Source: an uncultured Clostridia bacterium (lineage in GTDB: Bacteria > Bacillota > Clostridia > TANB77 > CAG-508). From it: a stretch of DNA of 56,833 nucleotides. Every line of letters begins with the position of its first letter. Position 1 is the stretch's first letter. Position numbers and translations under genes: made by a program. Of the stretch, positions 11,063 through 20,743 are shown piece after piece. The stretch spans positions 1-56,833 of the forward strand of contig CAKPKU010000002.1 in NCBI GenBank assembly GCA_934167365.1. The letters run 5' to 3'. Under the pieces are notes generated by a model. That model made no database searches. It was not told where the DNA came from and worked only from the letters and a program-made list of their open reading frames with translations.

Positions 11063-12346
11063 ATGGAAGATTTAAAAAATATAAAAGATGTAAAAAGAGA
11101 GGTAAAAAATATCCAAAGAAAAATACAATACAATAAAAAAATATTGCATGGAAGTGAGAAAAAAGCATATAAATTAAACTCATATAAAGAATTTGAAGAA
11201 ATTTATATAAAATATGGATCTGAATTATATTCTAAATATGTACCAAAAAGATATAGAAATAAAGATATAAAAGCTCTATTAAAGAATGGCAGATTTATAG
11301 AGCTATATAATAAACATGGGAAAAAAGAATTTGAAAAGTATGAGTATAAAATTAGAAGAATAGATATACGTAACGAAACAGGAAGTGAAGTAAAAGCATA
11401 TTTAGATTCGGTAGAAAATGTATTGAAGAAAAAGGCAATACCGGCAATATTAACAGTTGGAATTGTTGCACCAGGATATATAGCAACACTATCAGATTAT
11501 CAGAGAAAGTGTGAAGAAGATAAATATGGTACAGAAATACAAGCCTATATAGATGAAGTAAATGAGTATGGTGCTAAAATTAAGTCATATAATTTAAATG
11601 ATCTTCAAAATATAATGAAAGTTATGAATGATATGTGGGAAAATATAGTTGGTTATGGAAATCCTAATATAAATCTTACTTCATGTATGGGATTAGATAT
11701 GGCCACTGAAGATGCTACTGGTGTATGTAGAAATATGGCAGATGATATGGCAAGAAAATTAAATGCCATTGATGAAAAATATAATGCTAGAACAATAATT
11801 ATATATGAAGATGGAAGTGGATATGAATTAGCTAATATAAAACGAGAGATTGTTAAAGAAGAAAATGAAGAGCGAGGAATATTAACTGAAAGTCAAACAA
11901 AATTAATAACAGATACTATAACAAAATTTTTAGGAAATCATGTAGCAGTTTTAATAGATTTGCCAGAAAAAAATGTAAAACTTGTAATAGATCCAACAAA
12001 TCCAGGAATAGGTATGTTTCAGAATGGAAAAATAAAAATGTTTAATAGCAAAGGTGAAGATCCAATAACATTTACAGTTAAACCATTTGGAGAATCAATA
12101 ATGGGATTAAAAAAACTTGCCAGTTTGCCTGAAGAATATATATCAAGTATTGGTTTAAATGATTATGAAGAGCTAGAGCGAGAATTTGGTGTAGATGCTC
12201 AAAATACAGCATTGAAACAAATAAGAACATTAGGAAATGATTGGATTGATACAATTAAAGTTGATTTAGTAGATCAAAACGACAAAAAGGAGCAGAAAAA
12301 AGAGCAAAAGCTTATTATAAATAAAAATGAAGATATAGAAAAGTAA
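11063..12346 (+). CDS. Membrane-anchored transglutaminase-like cysteine peptidase superfamily protein (putative)
   Basis: 427 aa with a Lys-rich N-terminal region and one TM helix (AIPAILTVGIVAPGYIATL). A candidate Cys-His-Asp triad is arranged as in the transglutaminase core: GVCRNMADDMARKL...ARTIIIY, then GNHVAVLIDL, then LVIDPTNPG. Confidence 0.55.
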   Translation: MEDLKNIKDVKREVKNIQRKIQYNKKILHGSEKKAYKLNSYKEFEEIYIKYGSELYSKYVPKRYRNKDIKALLKNGRFIELYNKHGKKEFEKYEYKIRRIDIRNETGSEVKAYLDSVENVLKKKAIPAILTVGIVAPGYIATLSDYQRKCEEDKYGTEIQAYIDEVNEYGAKIKSYNLNDLQNIMKVMNDMWENIVGYGNPNINLTSCMGLDMATEDATGVCRNMADDMARKLNAIDEKYNARTIIIYEDGSGYELANIKREIVKEENEERGILTESQTKLITDTITKFLGNHVAVLIDLPEKNVKLVIDPTNPGIGMFQNGKIKMFNSKGEDPITFTVKPFGESIMGLKKLASLPEEYISSIGLNDYEELEREFGVDAQNTALKQIRTLGNDWIDTIKVDLVDQNDKKEQKKEQKLIINKNEDIEK

Positions 12347-12380
12347 AGAATTATAAAATAATAGAAAAAATATATAGAAA

Positions 12381-12402
12381 AGACACTTCAAAAGAAGTGT
12401 CT
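12381..12402. terminator. Bidirectional terminator hairpin between convergent genes
   Basis: AGACACTTC-AAAA-GAAGTGTCT, flanked by A/T runs. Confidence 0.75.
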
Positions 12403-12406
12403 AAAT

Positions 12407-13465
12407 TTATTTGGTATAACCAGTATTTTTTATAATTTTTTTACTAATTTCTTTTACTGTATCTGTTGTCTCATAATCTTTTTCATCAAATAAATCTTTA
12501 TGTAATTGAGAAACATTGCTTTCAAGATCAACAGGCACACCATACCATCTATCTTTTGTAATTCCTTTCGTATTATATGGCCACCCAAAGTTATTTGTAA
12601 CATTAAATGATACAATTTTTGGAATCATATTCATAATTTCTTTTTGACTTATATTAGTAGAAACATGAGGTAACATAGTATCTAACAATTTATTTAATTC
12701 AGAAACCTTCATAGTTTTGGCTTTATTAAATACAGCCATTAAAACATCTCTCATACGCTCTGTTCTCTTATAATCTCCACCATCTGTATAGCGAATTCTT
12801 GAGTAAGCTAAAGCTTGAACACCATCTAATGTATATGTACCTGGAGTTGTAATATTAGAAGATGATGTGCCGAATTGCTTATTTAGTGAATTTATATAAT
12901 TATTAATATATTTTACTTCTTGAGAATCTATTTTTATAGTAACACCTTTTACGCAATCAACAGCAGTACGAACAGTATCAAAATTAATAGCTACAAATTC
13001 TGTTATATTTAAATCTAAATTTTTATTTAAAGTACTTAATGCAAGTTGAGGCCCACCATAAGAATAAGCATGTGTAACTTTATCTAATCCATAACCATCT
13101 ATGTCTAAATAGGTGTCTCTATATACAGATATTATTTTTATATCATTTGTTTTTTGGTTTAGGCTTAAAATCATTATACAATCACTTCTATTACCAGTTC
13201 CAAAAGTATCTTTTCTAGCATCAATACCTAAAAGAGCAATGTTACGGTAATTAGATAACTCATCTTCAACATTTTCATCAATATAAATATCAGAGCTCGT
13301 AATATTCATATAATTAATTTTTCCAATTTTATTTTTAAAAAAGAAATATGCTGAAATAAATGCTGTTAAAACAACAATAATAATGGCAATAAAAATTCCA
13401 AGAAAAATTTTTGCAATTAACTTACCAGTTTTCTTTGGTGCATATTCAGTATTATTTTTTGACAA
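12407..13465 (-). CDS. LCP (LytR-CpsA-Psr) family glycopolymer ligase
   Basis: N-terminal TM anchor followed by the LCP signature (LGIDARKD...RSDCIMILSLN). The ORF track extends to a GTG at 13474, but that codon abuts the AAGGAG RBS. The TTG at 13465 has better spacing. Confidence 0.88.
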   Translation of the reverse strand: MSKNNTEYAPKKTGKLIAKIFLGIFIAIIIVVLTAFISAYFFFKNKIGKINYMNITSSDIYIDENVEDELSNYRNIALLGIDARKDTFGTGNRSDCIMILSLNQKTNDIKIISVYRDTYLDIDGYGLDKVTHAYSYGGPQLALSTLNKNLDLNITEFVAINFDTVRTAVDCVKGVTIKIDSQEVKYINNYINSLNKQFGTSSSNITTPGTYTLDGVQALAYSRIRYTDGGDYKRTERMRDVLMAVFNKAKTMKVSELNKLLDTMLPHVSTNISQKEIMNMIPKIVSFNVTNNFGWPYNTKGITKDRWYGVPVDLESNVSQLHKDLFDEKDYETTDTVKEISKKIIKNTGYTK

Positions 13466-13609
13466 ATTATTCACTCCTTTATAAAATATAACTGTAAATA
13501 TAGCATAAATAATAAAAAAAGTAAAGAGAATGGTAAAAGTTAGATATTATGTTAAATTTATACTTTAATTTTATATTGATTGAAATTGCAAAAAAAATCT
13601 GTAAAGCTA

Positions 13610-13638
13610 TTGACAAACTTATGTAAATTAAGTATAAT
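13610..13638 (+). promoter_or_regulatory. Consensus sigma-A promoter (TTGACA-17 nt-TATAAT)
   Basis: TTGACA at 13610-13615 and TATAAT at 13633-13638, upstream of the small-ORF pair. Confidence 0.7.
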
Positions 13639-13711
13639 AAAAAACAGTGTAAGTGGTTACACAAAGAAGAATATAAACCCCGTAAAAAGTAATTACTTTG
13701 GAGGTCGTGTA

Positions 13712-13915
13712 ATGAACAAGTATATTTGTAAAGAGTTTGAAAAGGCACTAAAAATCCACTTAGATTCAAAAGACATAGTGGAAATTCCTGTAGCTTATTA
13801 TCAAGGAAATGAAGGCGTTGAAAGAAACAGAGTGTTTGCAACAATTGTTGATGGGCGTTTAATTTGTTGTTTTTACTACGAAGAGGATAATGATTGTCTC
13901 TTTGTAAAGTTTTAA
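13712..13915 (+). CDS. Hypothetical small protein (paralogue 1 of a tandem pair)
   Basis: 67 aa starting at the ATG preceded by a GGAGG RBS. The 111-aa track ORF from 13580 would run through the promoter. Confidence 0.55.
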   Translation: MNKYICKEFEKALKIHLDSKDIVEIPVAYYQGNEGVERNRVFATIVDGRLICCFYYEEDNDCLFVKF

Positions 13916-13943
13916 ATGTAAACAGATTAGAGGAGGTCTTGTT

Positions 13944-14153
13944 ATGGATTCAAACTTAAGTAGAATTTCTTACAAAATTGCTACTTCAACTGGAGTAGTG
14001 ATTGAACCAGAGTGGATTGCAGAAATCCCTATAGCCAAGTGTCCGTATTCTAAAACGGATATTGAATGTAAAATATACGCAACTCGCACGGGCGAGATTC
14101 TTATAATAGCGTATTGCTACCGAAATGGCGAAATAAAAATAAAGGTAATATAA
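13944..14153 (+). CDS. Hypothetical small protein (paralogue 2 of a tandem pair)
   Basis: 69 aa with an AGGAGG RBS. It shares the pattern EIP[VI]A...[VI][FY]AT..G.[LI]I..[FY]CY with the upstream ORF. Confidence 0.55.
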   Translation: MDSNLSRISYKIATSTGVVIEPEWIAEIPIAKCPYSKTDIECKIYATRTGEILIIAYCYRNGEIKIKVI

Positions 14154-14155
14154 TA

Positions 14156-14187
14156 AAAATACTCCATCGAAAGATGGAGTATTTTTA
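14156..14187 (+). terminator. Rho-independent terminator
   Basis: AAAAATACTCCATC-GAAA-GATGGAGTATTTTT. Confidence 0.85.
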
Positions 14188-14349
14188 TTATCATGAATAA
14201 GAAAACCTAAAATATATGGTTAATTGAAGAATTTACCAATTAAATGCTATTTTAAAGTAAAATATAAGTTAAATTTTATGTGGCAAAATTAAATCAAAGA
14301 AATACAATATCTGTCAAAAAAAAGATGTCGATAATTGTCATGGAAAATG

Positions 14350-14377
14350 TTGACATAAAAGAAAAACATGATATAAT
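14350..14377 (+). promoter_or_regulatory. Near-consensus sigma-A promoter (TTGACA-16 nt-TATAAT, TG-extended)
   Basis: TTGACA at 14350-14355 and TGATATAAT at 14369-14377. It is preceded by three TGTC[AG] boxes at 14312, 14326 and 14336. Confidence 0.7.
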
Positions 14378-14432
14378 GTAAGCGATTTCTTGTATAAACA
14401 ACCTATATATAAATTTTTAGGAGGGAAGTACT

Positions 14433-16073
14433 TTGCTAAAAAAATATAGTTACGACGAGAAAGTAAGAATCATGTATGAGATTATTGAAAGCAATCGGAG
14501 CCGAGGCGGAATAACGTACGGCGAATTAGTTGAAATACTTATTACACTATTTGAACATAAATATAATAGGAGTAATAATCCGATTATAAAGAAACTCTTG
14601 CAATACAATAACTCTAGAAGTATACCATATAACGTTGATGTAAAGCTTTTGAAAAATGGTAAAAAGGTAAAATTTTCATCACCAGTTATATTACCACCAA
14701 AAATCCGAAAAGAGTTCGTAAGAAAAAAACATGCAAGATTACAAAATGGTCTTGATGATCAATTAATTAAAATGCTAGATACACTTACGAATTTAGTTAA
14801 TGAAAACAAGAATAGAGGCTTAACTCTCAAAGAAGCAGAGTCATTTTTAAGAGTTATATTTAAGCAAAAATGTCTAAACATAGCCAAAATAATCAATTTC
14901 GGAAAGTTTTATGGGAAACCTATAAACAAAAAATTTTTTGTAAGACAAACAAAAGATGTCCCATTAATTATTCCAAATGATTATAAGGAAGAATACAAAC
15001 TTCTTGTAGAAGTAGAAGGCAATGTATTTAACCTTAGGGACAATAATGTAACGATTCTTTATCTTGACAGAAAACTAATAAAATCAGAAGATTTGACAAA
15101 ATTGTACAAAGATAATTCAAAAAAAGTCTTTGACTATCTAGTGAAAGACATAATTTCTAAGTACAGAGGAAATTTTAAAATTTGTATTTTTGAAGATGAT
15201 CTTCTTGAGCTCGATAAAAACAAGAATGACAGAGTAAGTTTTTACATTTTAAAGTTTATTTCGACATCTGAGAATATAGAATTTGTAAGAAAAAAAAGAC
15301 CTGCTTCAAAAGAGGACATAATCAATTTTTGCAAGAAAAATAGTGCAACATTAGTTTCGGGTTCTGAAAAACTCTTATCGTTGGCAATTCTCAATAATGT
15401 AAGAACATATATTCCAAAGGAATATATAAAACAAACTCCGAATCCACTAAAGGGAAAAGGAATTGTAGTTATTGACTCAAACATTGCGTCACCTGCTGAT
15501 ATAGATTATTTATGTAGCAAGTTTGGGACTATTGCAATTTCAGACATTCAACTGGAAAAAATCGGCATGGGCGGATATTTCGCAAGGATATGCGCCTATT
15601 ATGGAATGATAAAAAGAACATCTTTAATTGAACAGAACAAAGATAGATCAATTGTCGAGTTCTGTAAGAAAGTAAAGGCAGATATGCTGTACTCAAAGGA
15701 TTATGGCTGTATTGCATTTGCTAAAATGCAAAGAGTTCCTTGTACACTAATAAAAAATAAACATTTTGCTGAGTCTACAGCTGTAAGCTTAATTCAGCAA
15801 GTAAAGGAGGAAGAGCTTTATGAAGAATTGCGAAAGAATGAAGGAGAAGACATAAGGCTCGACTTTTTTGAAAAAAGAATGAAGAAAGGAAATTCAAGGT
15901 TTGTTATAAATAATTTATATGTAGAATTCAAAAATTCTATGTATAGAAATTCTAGTACCCTTGAAAACGGTGGGTATATCTTCGTGAAAAATGGCAATTT
16001 AGCCATACAAATAAAGGTGATAGATAAAGAAAAAAGAATTGGAAGAATAACATCAGTTAGGAGAACAAAGTGA
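14433..16073 (+). CDS. Hypothetical 546-aa protein (orphan)
   Basis: Long ORF with a TTG start after an AGGAGGG RBS. It contains two similar N-terminal helical modules (VRIMYEIIESNRSRGGITYGELVEILITLF and LIKMLDTLTNLVNENKNRGLTLKEAESFLRVIF). I recognise no family. Confidence 0.75.
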   Translation: MLKKYSYDEKVRIMYEIIESNRSRGGITYGELVEILITLFEHKYNRSNNPIIKKLLQYNNSRSIPYNVDVKLLKNGKKVKFSSPVILPPKIRKEFVRKKHARLQNGLDDQLIKMLDTLTNLVNENKNRGLTLKEAESFLRVIFKQKCLNIAKIINFGKFYGKPINKKFFVRQTKDVPLIIPNDYKEEYKLLVEVEGNVFNLRDNNVTILYLDRKLIKSEDLTKLYKDNSKKVFDYLVKDIISKYRGNFKICIFEDDLLELDKNKNDRVSFYILKFISTSENIEFVRKKRPASKEDIINFCKKNSATLVSGSEKLLSLAILNNVRTYIPKEYIKQTPNPLKGKGIVVIDSNIASPADIDYLCSKFGTIAISDIQLEKIGMGGYFARICAYYGMIKRTSLIEQNKDRSIVEFCKKVKADMLYSKDYGCIAFAKMQRVPCTLIKNKHFAESTAVSLIQQVKEEELYEELRKNEGEDIRLDFFEKRMKKGNSRFVINNLYVEFKNSMYRNSSTLENGGYIFVKNGNLAIQIKVIDKEKRIGRITSVRRTK

Positions 16074-16518
16074 ATATATAGGTTGTAAACAGCTGCTTTA
16101 TATAAGGTAGCTGTTTTTTCTATCACTCAAAATGAAGTAGATTGTTATTGTTAAATTTTTTATTTAATTTTTAGTTCAGTACAATGTGGGTTACCTTATT
16201 ATGAAGAAATAGTTCAAACTAAATAGAATAGATAGATACAGAAGAAAGCAATTTTATGGAAAATTAAATTGCTTTCTTTTAATATTTTTTCAGCATGAAT
16301 AAGATGTCGAAAAAGCTAAAAAAACGGTAAAAATAATTGACAAATGTGGAAAAATATAGTTTAATAGAAAACAGCGATGTAAACGGAAAATAGAAAGCAA
16401 ACAAGTAAAAACTATTAGAAAGTAGCTATTCTCTAACAGTTTTAAAGTATACATAAGAAAAAGGTATTGCATAGAGCAATATATAAAGGATGTAAAACTA
16501 AAAAATGGGGGATTTTCT

Positions 16519-17280
16519 ATGGAAAAAGTAATGACAAGATATGAAGAAACAGAGCCTAGACAAACAATATCAAAATCAATGGTAAAGGGAAAATTGAAAT
16601 CATTAAGAAAAGTATCAAAAACATATAGAGCATTACAAATAGTAAGATATAAGACACAAATAGGAGTATATAAGTTTGTAAAAAGAACAGTCGATATATG
16701 TGCTGGAATAGTAGGTACAATGTTATTGATTCCAATAATGGCAGTAGTAAAAATAGCATACTTAAAACAAGGAGATCATGCCCCTGTTTTGTTTAAGCAA
16801 AAGAGAATTGGAAAAGATGGAAAAGAGATTGAAATATATAAAATAAGAAGTATGGTATACAATGCAGAGGAAGTATTAGAAAAGTTAATGAGGGAAAATC
16901 CTGAAATTAGAGAAGAGTATACTAAAAATAAGAAATTGGAACATGATCCAAGAATTACAAAAGTAGGTGCATTCATACGTAAGACAAGCCTTGATGAATT
17001 CGGGCAATTTGTCAATTTATTAAAAGGAGATATGTCACTAATAGGCCCACGACCATATTTACCTAGAGAAAAGAAAGATATGGGAGAATATTATGAAGAC
17101 ATAATAGCATGCAAACCAGCATTAGGTGGAGTATGGCAAGCAAGAGGAAGATCAGAAGTAGGTTTTGAAAATCGTTGTAGGTTAGATAGATTTTATAATC
17201 AACATAAGGGATTATGGTTTGATTTTAAAATATTAATATGGACTGCAATATCTGTATTCCAAAATAAAGGAGCGAAATAA
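16519..17280 (+). CDS. Initiating sugar-phosphate transferase (bacterial sugar transferase, WbaP/CpsE C-terminal type)
   Basis: 253 aa with one TM helix and the motifs PVLFKQKRIGKDGKEIEIYKIRSM, DEFGQFVNLLKGDMSLIGPRP and GGVWQ. Confidence 0.9.
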   Translation: MEKVMTRYEETEPRQTISKSMVKGKLKSLRKVSKTYRALQIVRYKTQIGVYKFVKRTVDICAGIVGTMLLIPIMAVVKIAYLKQGDHAPVLFKQKRIGKDGKEIEIYKIRSMVYNAEEVLEKLMRENPEIREEYTKNKKLEHDPRITKVGAFIRKTSLDEFGQFVNLLKGDMSLIGPRPYLPREKKDMGEYYEDIIACKPALGGVWQARGRSEVGFENRCRLDRFYNQHKGLWFDFKILIWTAISVFQNKGAK

Positions 17281-17296
17281 AAGGGGAATAAAGCAA

Positions 17297-18406
17297 ATGA
17301 AAATAGCAATGTTAGGACATAAACGAATTCCATCAAGGGAAGGTGGAGTTGAAATAGTAGTTGAAGAGCTATCGACAAGATTAGCCCAAAAAGGTCATAC
17401 AGTAGATGTATATAACCGAAAAGGAAATAATGTATCAGATAAAAATATAAAAACAAAAAAGATAAAAGAATACAAGGGAGTAAATATAAAAACAGTATTT
17501 ACAATAAATAAAAAGGGATTAGATGCACTAATTTATTCACTTTTTGCAAGTATAAAGGTTTTATTTGGTAAATATGACTGTATTCACTATCATGCAGAAG
17601 GCAGTTGTGCGATGTTATGGTTACCACACTTATTTAGAAAAAGAACAGTAGTAACAATACATGGATTAGATTGGCAAAGATCTAAATGGGGAGGATTTGC
17701 AACAAAGTACATAAAATTTGGAGAAAAGATGGCTGCAAAATATGCTGATGAAATAATAGTTTTATCAAAGGGTGTACAAGAATATTTCAAAAAAACATAT
17801 AATAGAGAAACTAATTTCATAGAAAATGGTGTAAATAAGCCAATAATAAAAGAGCCAAACATAATAAAAGAAAAATACAATCTAGAAAAAGATGACTATA
17901 TATTATACTTAGCTAGAATAGTACCAGAAAAAAGATTAGATTTGCTAATAGATGCATTCAAAAAAACAAATACAAGTAAAAAGCTAGTTATAGCAGGAGG
18001 AGCAAGTCATACAAATGATTTTTATAATGAAATAAAGCAAAAGGCATCAGAGGATTTAAGAATAATAATGACAGGATTTGTTCAAGGAGAAGAGCTACAA
18101 GAGCTATTTAGTAATACATATTTGTATTGTTTACCAAGTGATGTAGAAGGAATGCCAATTAGCCTATTAGAAGCAATGAGTTATGGTAAGAATTGCTTGG
18201 TGAGTGATATAGAAGAAAATACGCAAGTATGTGGAAAGTATGGAGTGACTTTCAAAAAGAGCGATTTGAATGATTTAGTAGAAAAATTGAACTTATGTTT
18301 AGATGGTTTGAATAGAAAAAATGAGCAAGAAATTTCTGATTATATATTAGAAAAGTATAACTGGGATGAGGTTGTAAATAAGACTGAAAAGTTGTATAAA
18401 AAGTAA
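17297..18406 (+). CDS. Glycosyltransferase (GT4/GT-B fold)
   Basis: 369 aa. The N-terminus IPSREGGVEIVVEEL and a C-terminal EGMPISLLEAMSYG motif (E-x7-E type) support the call. Confidence 0.85.
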   Translation: MKIAMLGHKRIPSREGGVEIVVEELSTRLAQKGHTVDVYNRKGNNVSDKNIKTKKIKEYKGVNIKTVFTINKKGLDALIYSLFASIKVLFGKYDCIHYHAEGSCAMLWLPHLFRKRTVVTIHGLDWQRSKWGGFATKYIKFGEKMAAKYADEIIVLSKGVQEYFKKTYNRETNFIENGVNKPIIKEPNIIKEKYNLEKDDYILYLARIVPEKRLDLLIDAFKKTNTSKKLVIAGGASHTNDFYNEIKQKASEDLRIIMTGFVQGEELQELFSNTYLYCLPSDVEGMPISLLEAMSYGKNCLVSDIEENTQVCGKYGVTFKKSDLNDLVEKLNLCLDGLNRKNEQEISDYILEKYNWDEVVNKTEKLYKK

Positions 18407-18444
18407 GGTGTTGACTAAAAAATAAAGGAGAGCATAGTGATTTT

Positions 18445-19632
18445 ATGGATACGATAGAAGTTGTAAAGAAAAATGATTGTTGTGGCTGTGGTAGTTGTGT
18501 ACAAAAATGTCCTAAACAGGCTATTTCAATGGTAGAAAATGAAGAAGGATTTTTATATCCACAAATAAATAAAGAAAAATGTGTTGATTGTGGTTTATGT
18601 AGTAAAGTTTGTCCACAGTTGAAAAGTTTAAAAATGGTTGATAAAGAATATCCAAAAACATATGCAATGAGAAATAGAAATAACGAGGATTTATCAAAGA
18701 GTTCATCTGGAGGAATTTTTTCAGTTATAGCTGACTATGTTTTTGAAAATGGTGGTGTAGTTTTTGGAGCTGCATATGATGATGAATTAAATGTAAATCA
18801 TATAAAAGCAGAAAATCAACAAGAGTTAGAAGCATTAAGAAGTTCTAAATATGTACAATCTAATATAGGTGAAACATATAAAGGAGCAGAAAAGTTATTA
18901 AAAGAAGGTAGAATAGTGCTTTTTACAGGTACACCTTGCCAAATAGCAGGGTTGAATTCATATTTAATTAAAGAATATAAGAATTTGATAACTTGTGATT
19001 TAGTGTGTCATGGAGTGCCAAGTCAAAAATTATTTCATACATATATTGAATATTTATCAAGAAAGTTTAATTCAAGAGTTGTTAAATATAATTTTAGAAG
19101 TAAAGATAAAAATGGTTGGGGACTTTTCACTAAAGTTGAAACTGAAGATGGAAAAATCAGGTATATAAAGCCAGATTTCGATCCATATTATAGCAATTTT
19201 TTGGAGAGTACAACTTACAGATTAAATTGTTACCAATGTCACTATACAAACTGTAATAGAGTTTCTAATATTACTTTAGCAGATTATTGGGGGATTAGCG
19301 GAATACATCCAGATTTTTATAAAGAAGAAGGAAATTCTCTAATTTTAATTAATGATAAAAAAGGTGAACAAATATTTGAGAAAATTGCAGATAAAATAGA
19401 ATACATTCAAACTGATTTAGGAAAAGCAGCTAATCATAATAAAAATCTAGTTAGACCATCAAAATATTCAAATGAAAGACATAGAATTTATATTGGAATT
19501 TATGAAAAAAGTCCAGAACAGTATATAAAAGAAAATTTAAAAGTAAAATTAACAGGGAAAAAGATAATAAAGTCAGTTATCCCAAATAAAATGCAAAAAA
19601 TATTAAAGAAAATGAGAGGAATGGTAAAATAA
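18445..19632 (+). CDS. Coenzyme F420 hydrogenase/dehydrogenase beta-subunit-like FeS protein
   Basis: 395 aa with two N-terminal 4Fe-4S ferredoxin motifs (CCGCGSCVQKCP and CVDCGLCSKVCP) and an FrhB-like body. This family commonly partners pyruvyl transferases in polysaccharide loci. Confidence 0.8.
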   Translation: MDTIEVVKKNDCCGCGSCVQKCPKQAISMVENEEGFLYPQINKEKCVDCGLCSKVCPQLKSLKMVDKEYPKTYAMRNRNNEDLSKSSSGGIFSVIADYVFENGGVVFGAAYDDELNVNHIKAENQQELEALRSSKYVQSNIGETYKGAEKLLKEGRIVLFTGTPCQIAGLNSYLIKEYKNLITCDLVCHGVPSQKLFHTYIEYLSRKFNSRVVKYNFRSKDKNGWGLFTKVETEDGKIRYIKPDFDPYYSNFLESTTYRLNCYQCHYTNCNRVSNITLADYWGISGIHPDFYKEEGNSLILINDKKGEQIFEKIADKIEYIQTDLGKAANHNKNLVRPSKYSNERHRIYIGIYEKSPEQYIKENLKVKLTGKKIIKSVIPNKMQKILKKMRGMVK

Positions 19633-20741
19633 TGATAAGAGTTCTACATTCAGTTAGTAATATGGATAGAGCTGGAATAGAAACTATGATAATGAACTAT
19701 TATAGGCATATTGACAGAACGAAAGTGCAGTTTGACTTCCTAGCCAATAAATCAAAACCAGGGGCTTATGATGAAGAGATAAAGTCTTTAGGAGGAAGAA
19801 TATTTTTATCACCTGGACTTAATCCTGTGAAATGGTTTGAGTATCAAACGATGGTGAAAGAGCTATTAAATAGTAATCCAGAAATAAAAGTTGTTCATTC
19901 ACATAATGGTGCTTTTTCATTACAAGCACAATTAGCAGCTAAAAAATGTGGAATAAAAAATAGAATAACACATGTTCATGGTACAAAGATTGATCTTAAT
20001 TTAAAACTACCATTAAAATTATTATATAAAACTCAATTAAAAAAGGTATCAAATAATTACTGGGGTTGCGGAACAGAGGCTGTTAAATATTACTTTGGAA
20101 ATAAAATAATTTCATCAGGAAATTATAAAGTAATTCATAATGCCATAGAAACCAAAAAATTTATATATAACAGTGAAAAGAGAGCAGAATTAAGAGGAAA
20201 ATATAATTTAGAAAATAAGTTTGTCATTGGAAATGTAGCAAGATTCATGAAACAAAAAAATCATACATTTATATTGGATTTGTTTAAAGTAATCCTTCAA
20301 AAAGAGCCTAATGCAGTTTTAATGTTGTTAGGTGATGGTGAATTATTAGAAACTATGAAAAATAAAGCTAAAGAGTTACAGATTGAGAAATGTGTAATGT
20401 TTTTAGGAAATGTAAGTAATGTAAATGAAATGTATCAAGCAATGGATTTATTTTTATTACCATCACTATTTGAAGGCTTACCAGTAGTTGGAATTGAAGC
20501 TCAAACAGCAGGATTAAAGTGTATTTTTAGTAATACAATTACAGATGAAGTAAAGGTAACTGACAATGTAGAATTTTTAGATTTAAATAAAGATACATTA
20601 GAGAAATGGGCTGATACTATATTAAATTATAGGGAATATGAGAGAAAGAATACTGAACAAGAAATTATAGATTCAGGATATTCAATTGAGATTGAGGCAA
20701 AAAAATTGCAAGAAATATATGAAAAGATGGGAGAACAATAA
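19632..20741 (+). CDS. Glycosyltransferase family 1/4 (GT-B)
   Basis: 369 aa with the C-terminal motif LLPSLFEGLPVVGIEAQTAG. Confidence 0.85.
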   Translation: MIRVLHSVSNMDRAGIETMIMNYYRHIDRTKVQFDFLANKSKPGAYDEEIKSLGGRIFLSPGLNPVKWFEYQTMVKELLNSNPEIKVVHSHNGAFSLQAQLAAKKCGIKNRITHVHGTKIDLNLKLPLKLLYKTQLKKVSNNYWGCGTEAVKYYFGNKIISSGNYKVIHNAIETKKFIYNSEKRAELRGKYNLENKFVIGNVARFMKQKNHTFILDLFKVILQKEPNAVLMLLGDGELLETMKNKAKELQIEKCVMFLGNVSNVNEMYQAMDLFLLPSLFEGLPVVGIEAQTAGLKCIFSNTITDEVKVTDNVEFLDLNKDTLEKWADTILNYREYERKNTEQEIIDSGYSIEIEAKKLQEIYEKMGEQ

Positions 20742-20743
20742 TA

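Noticed and set aside
13479-13844. 121-aa minus-strand ORF and the 111-aa version (13580-13915) of the first small gene
   Set aside because: Both run across a consensus promoter and intergenic DNA. The product of the minus-strand ORF is low-complexity. The internal ATG at 13712 with a GGAGG RBS is the credible start on the + strand.
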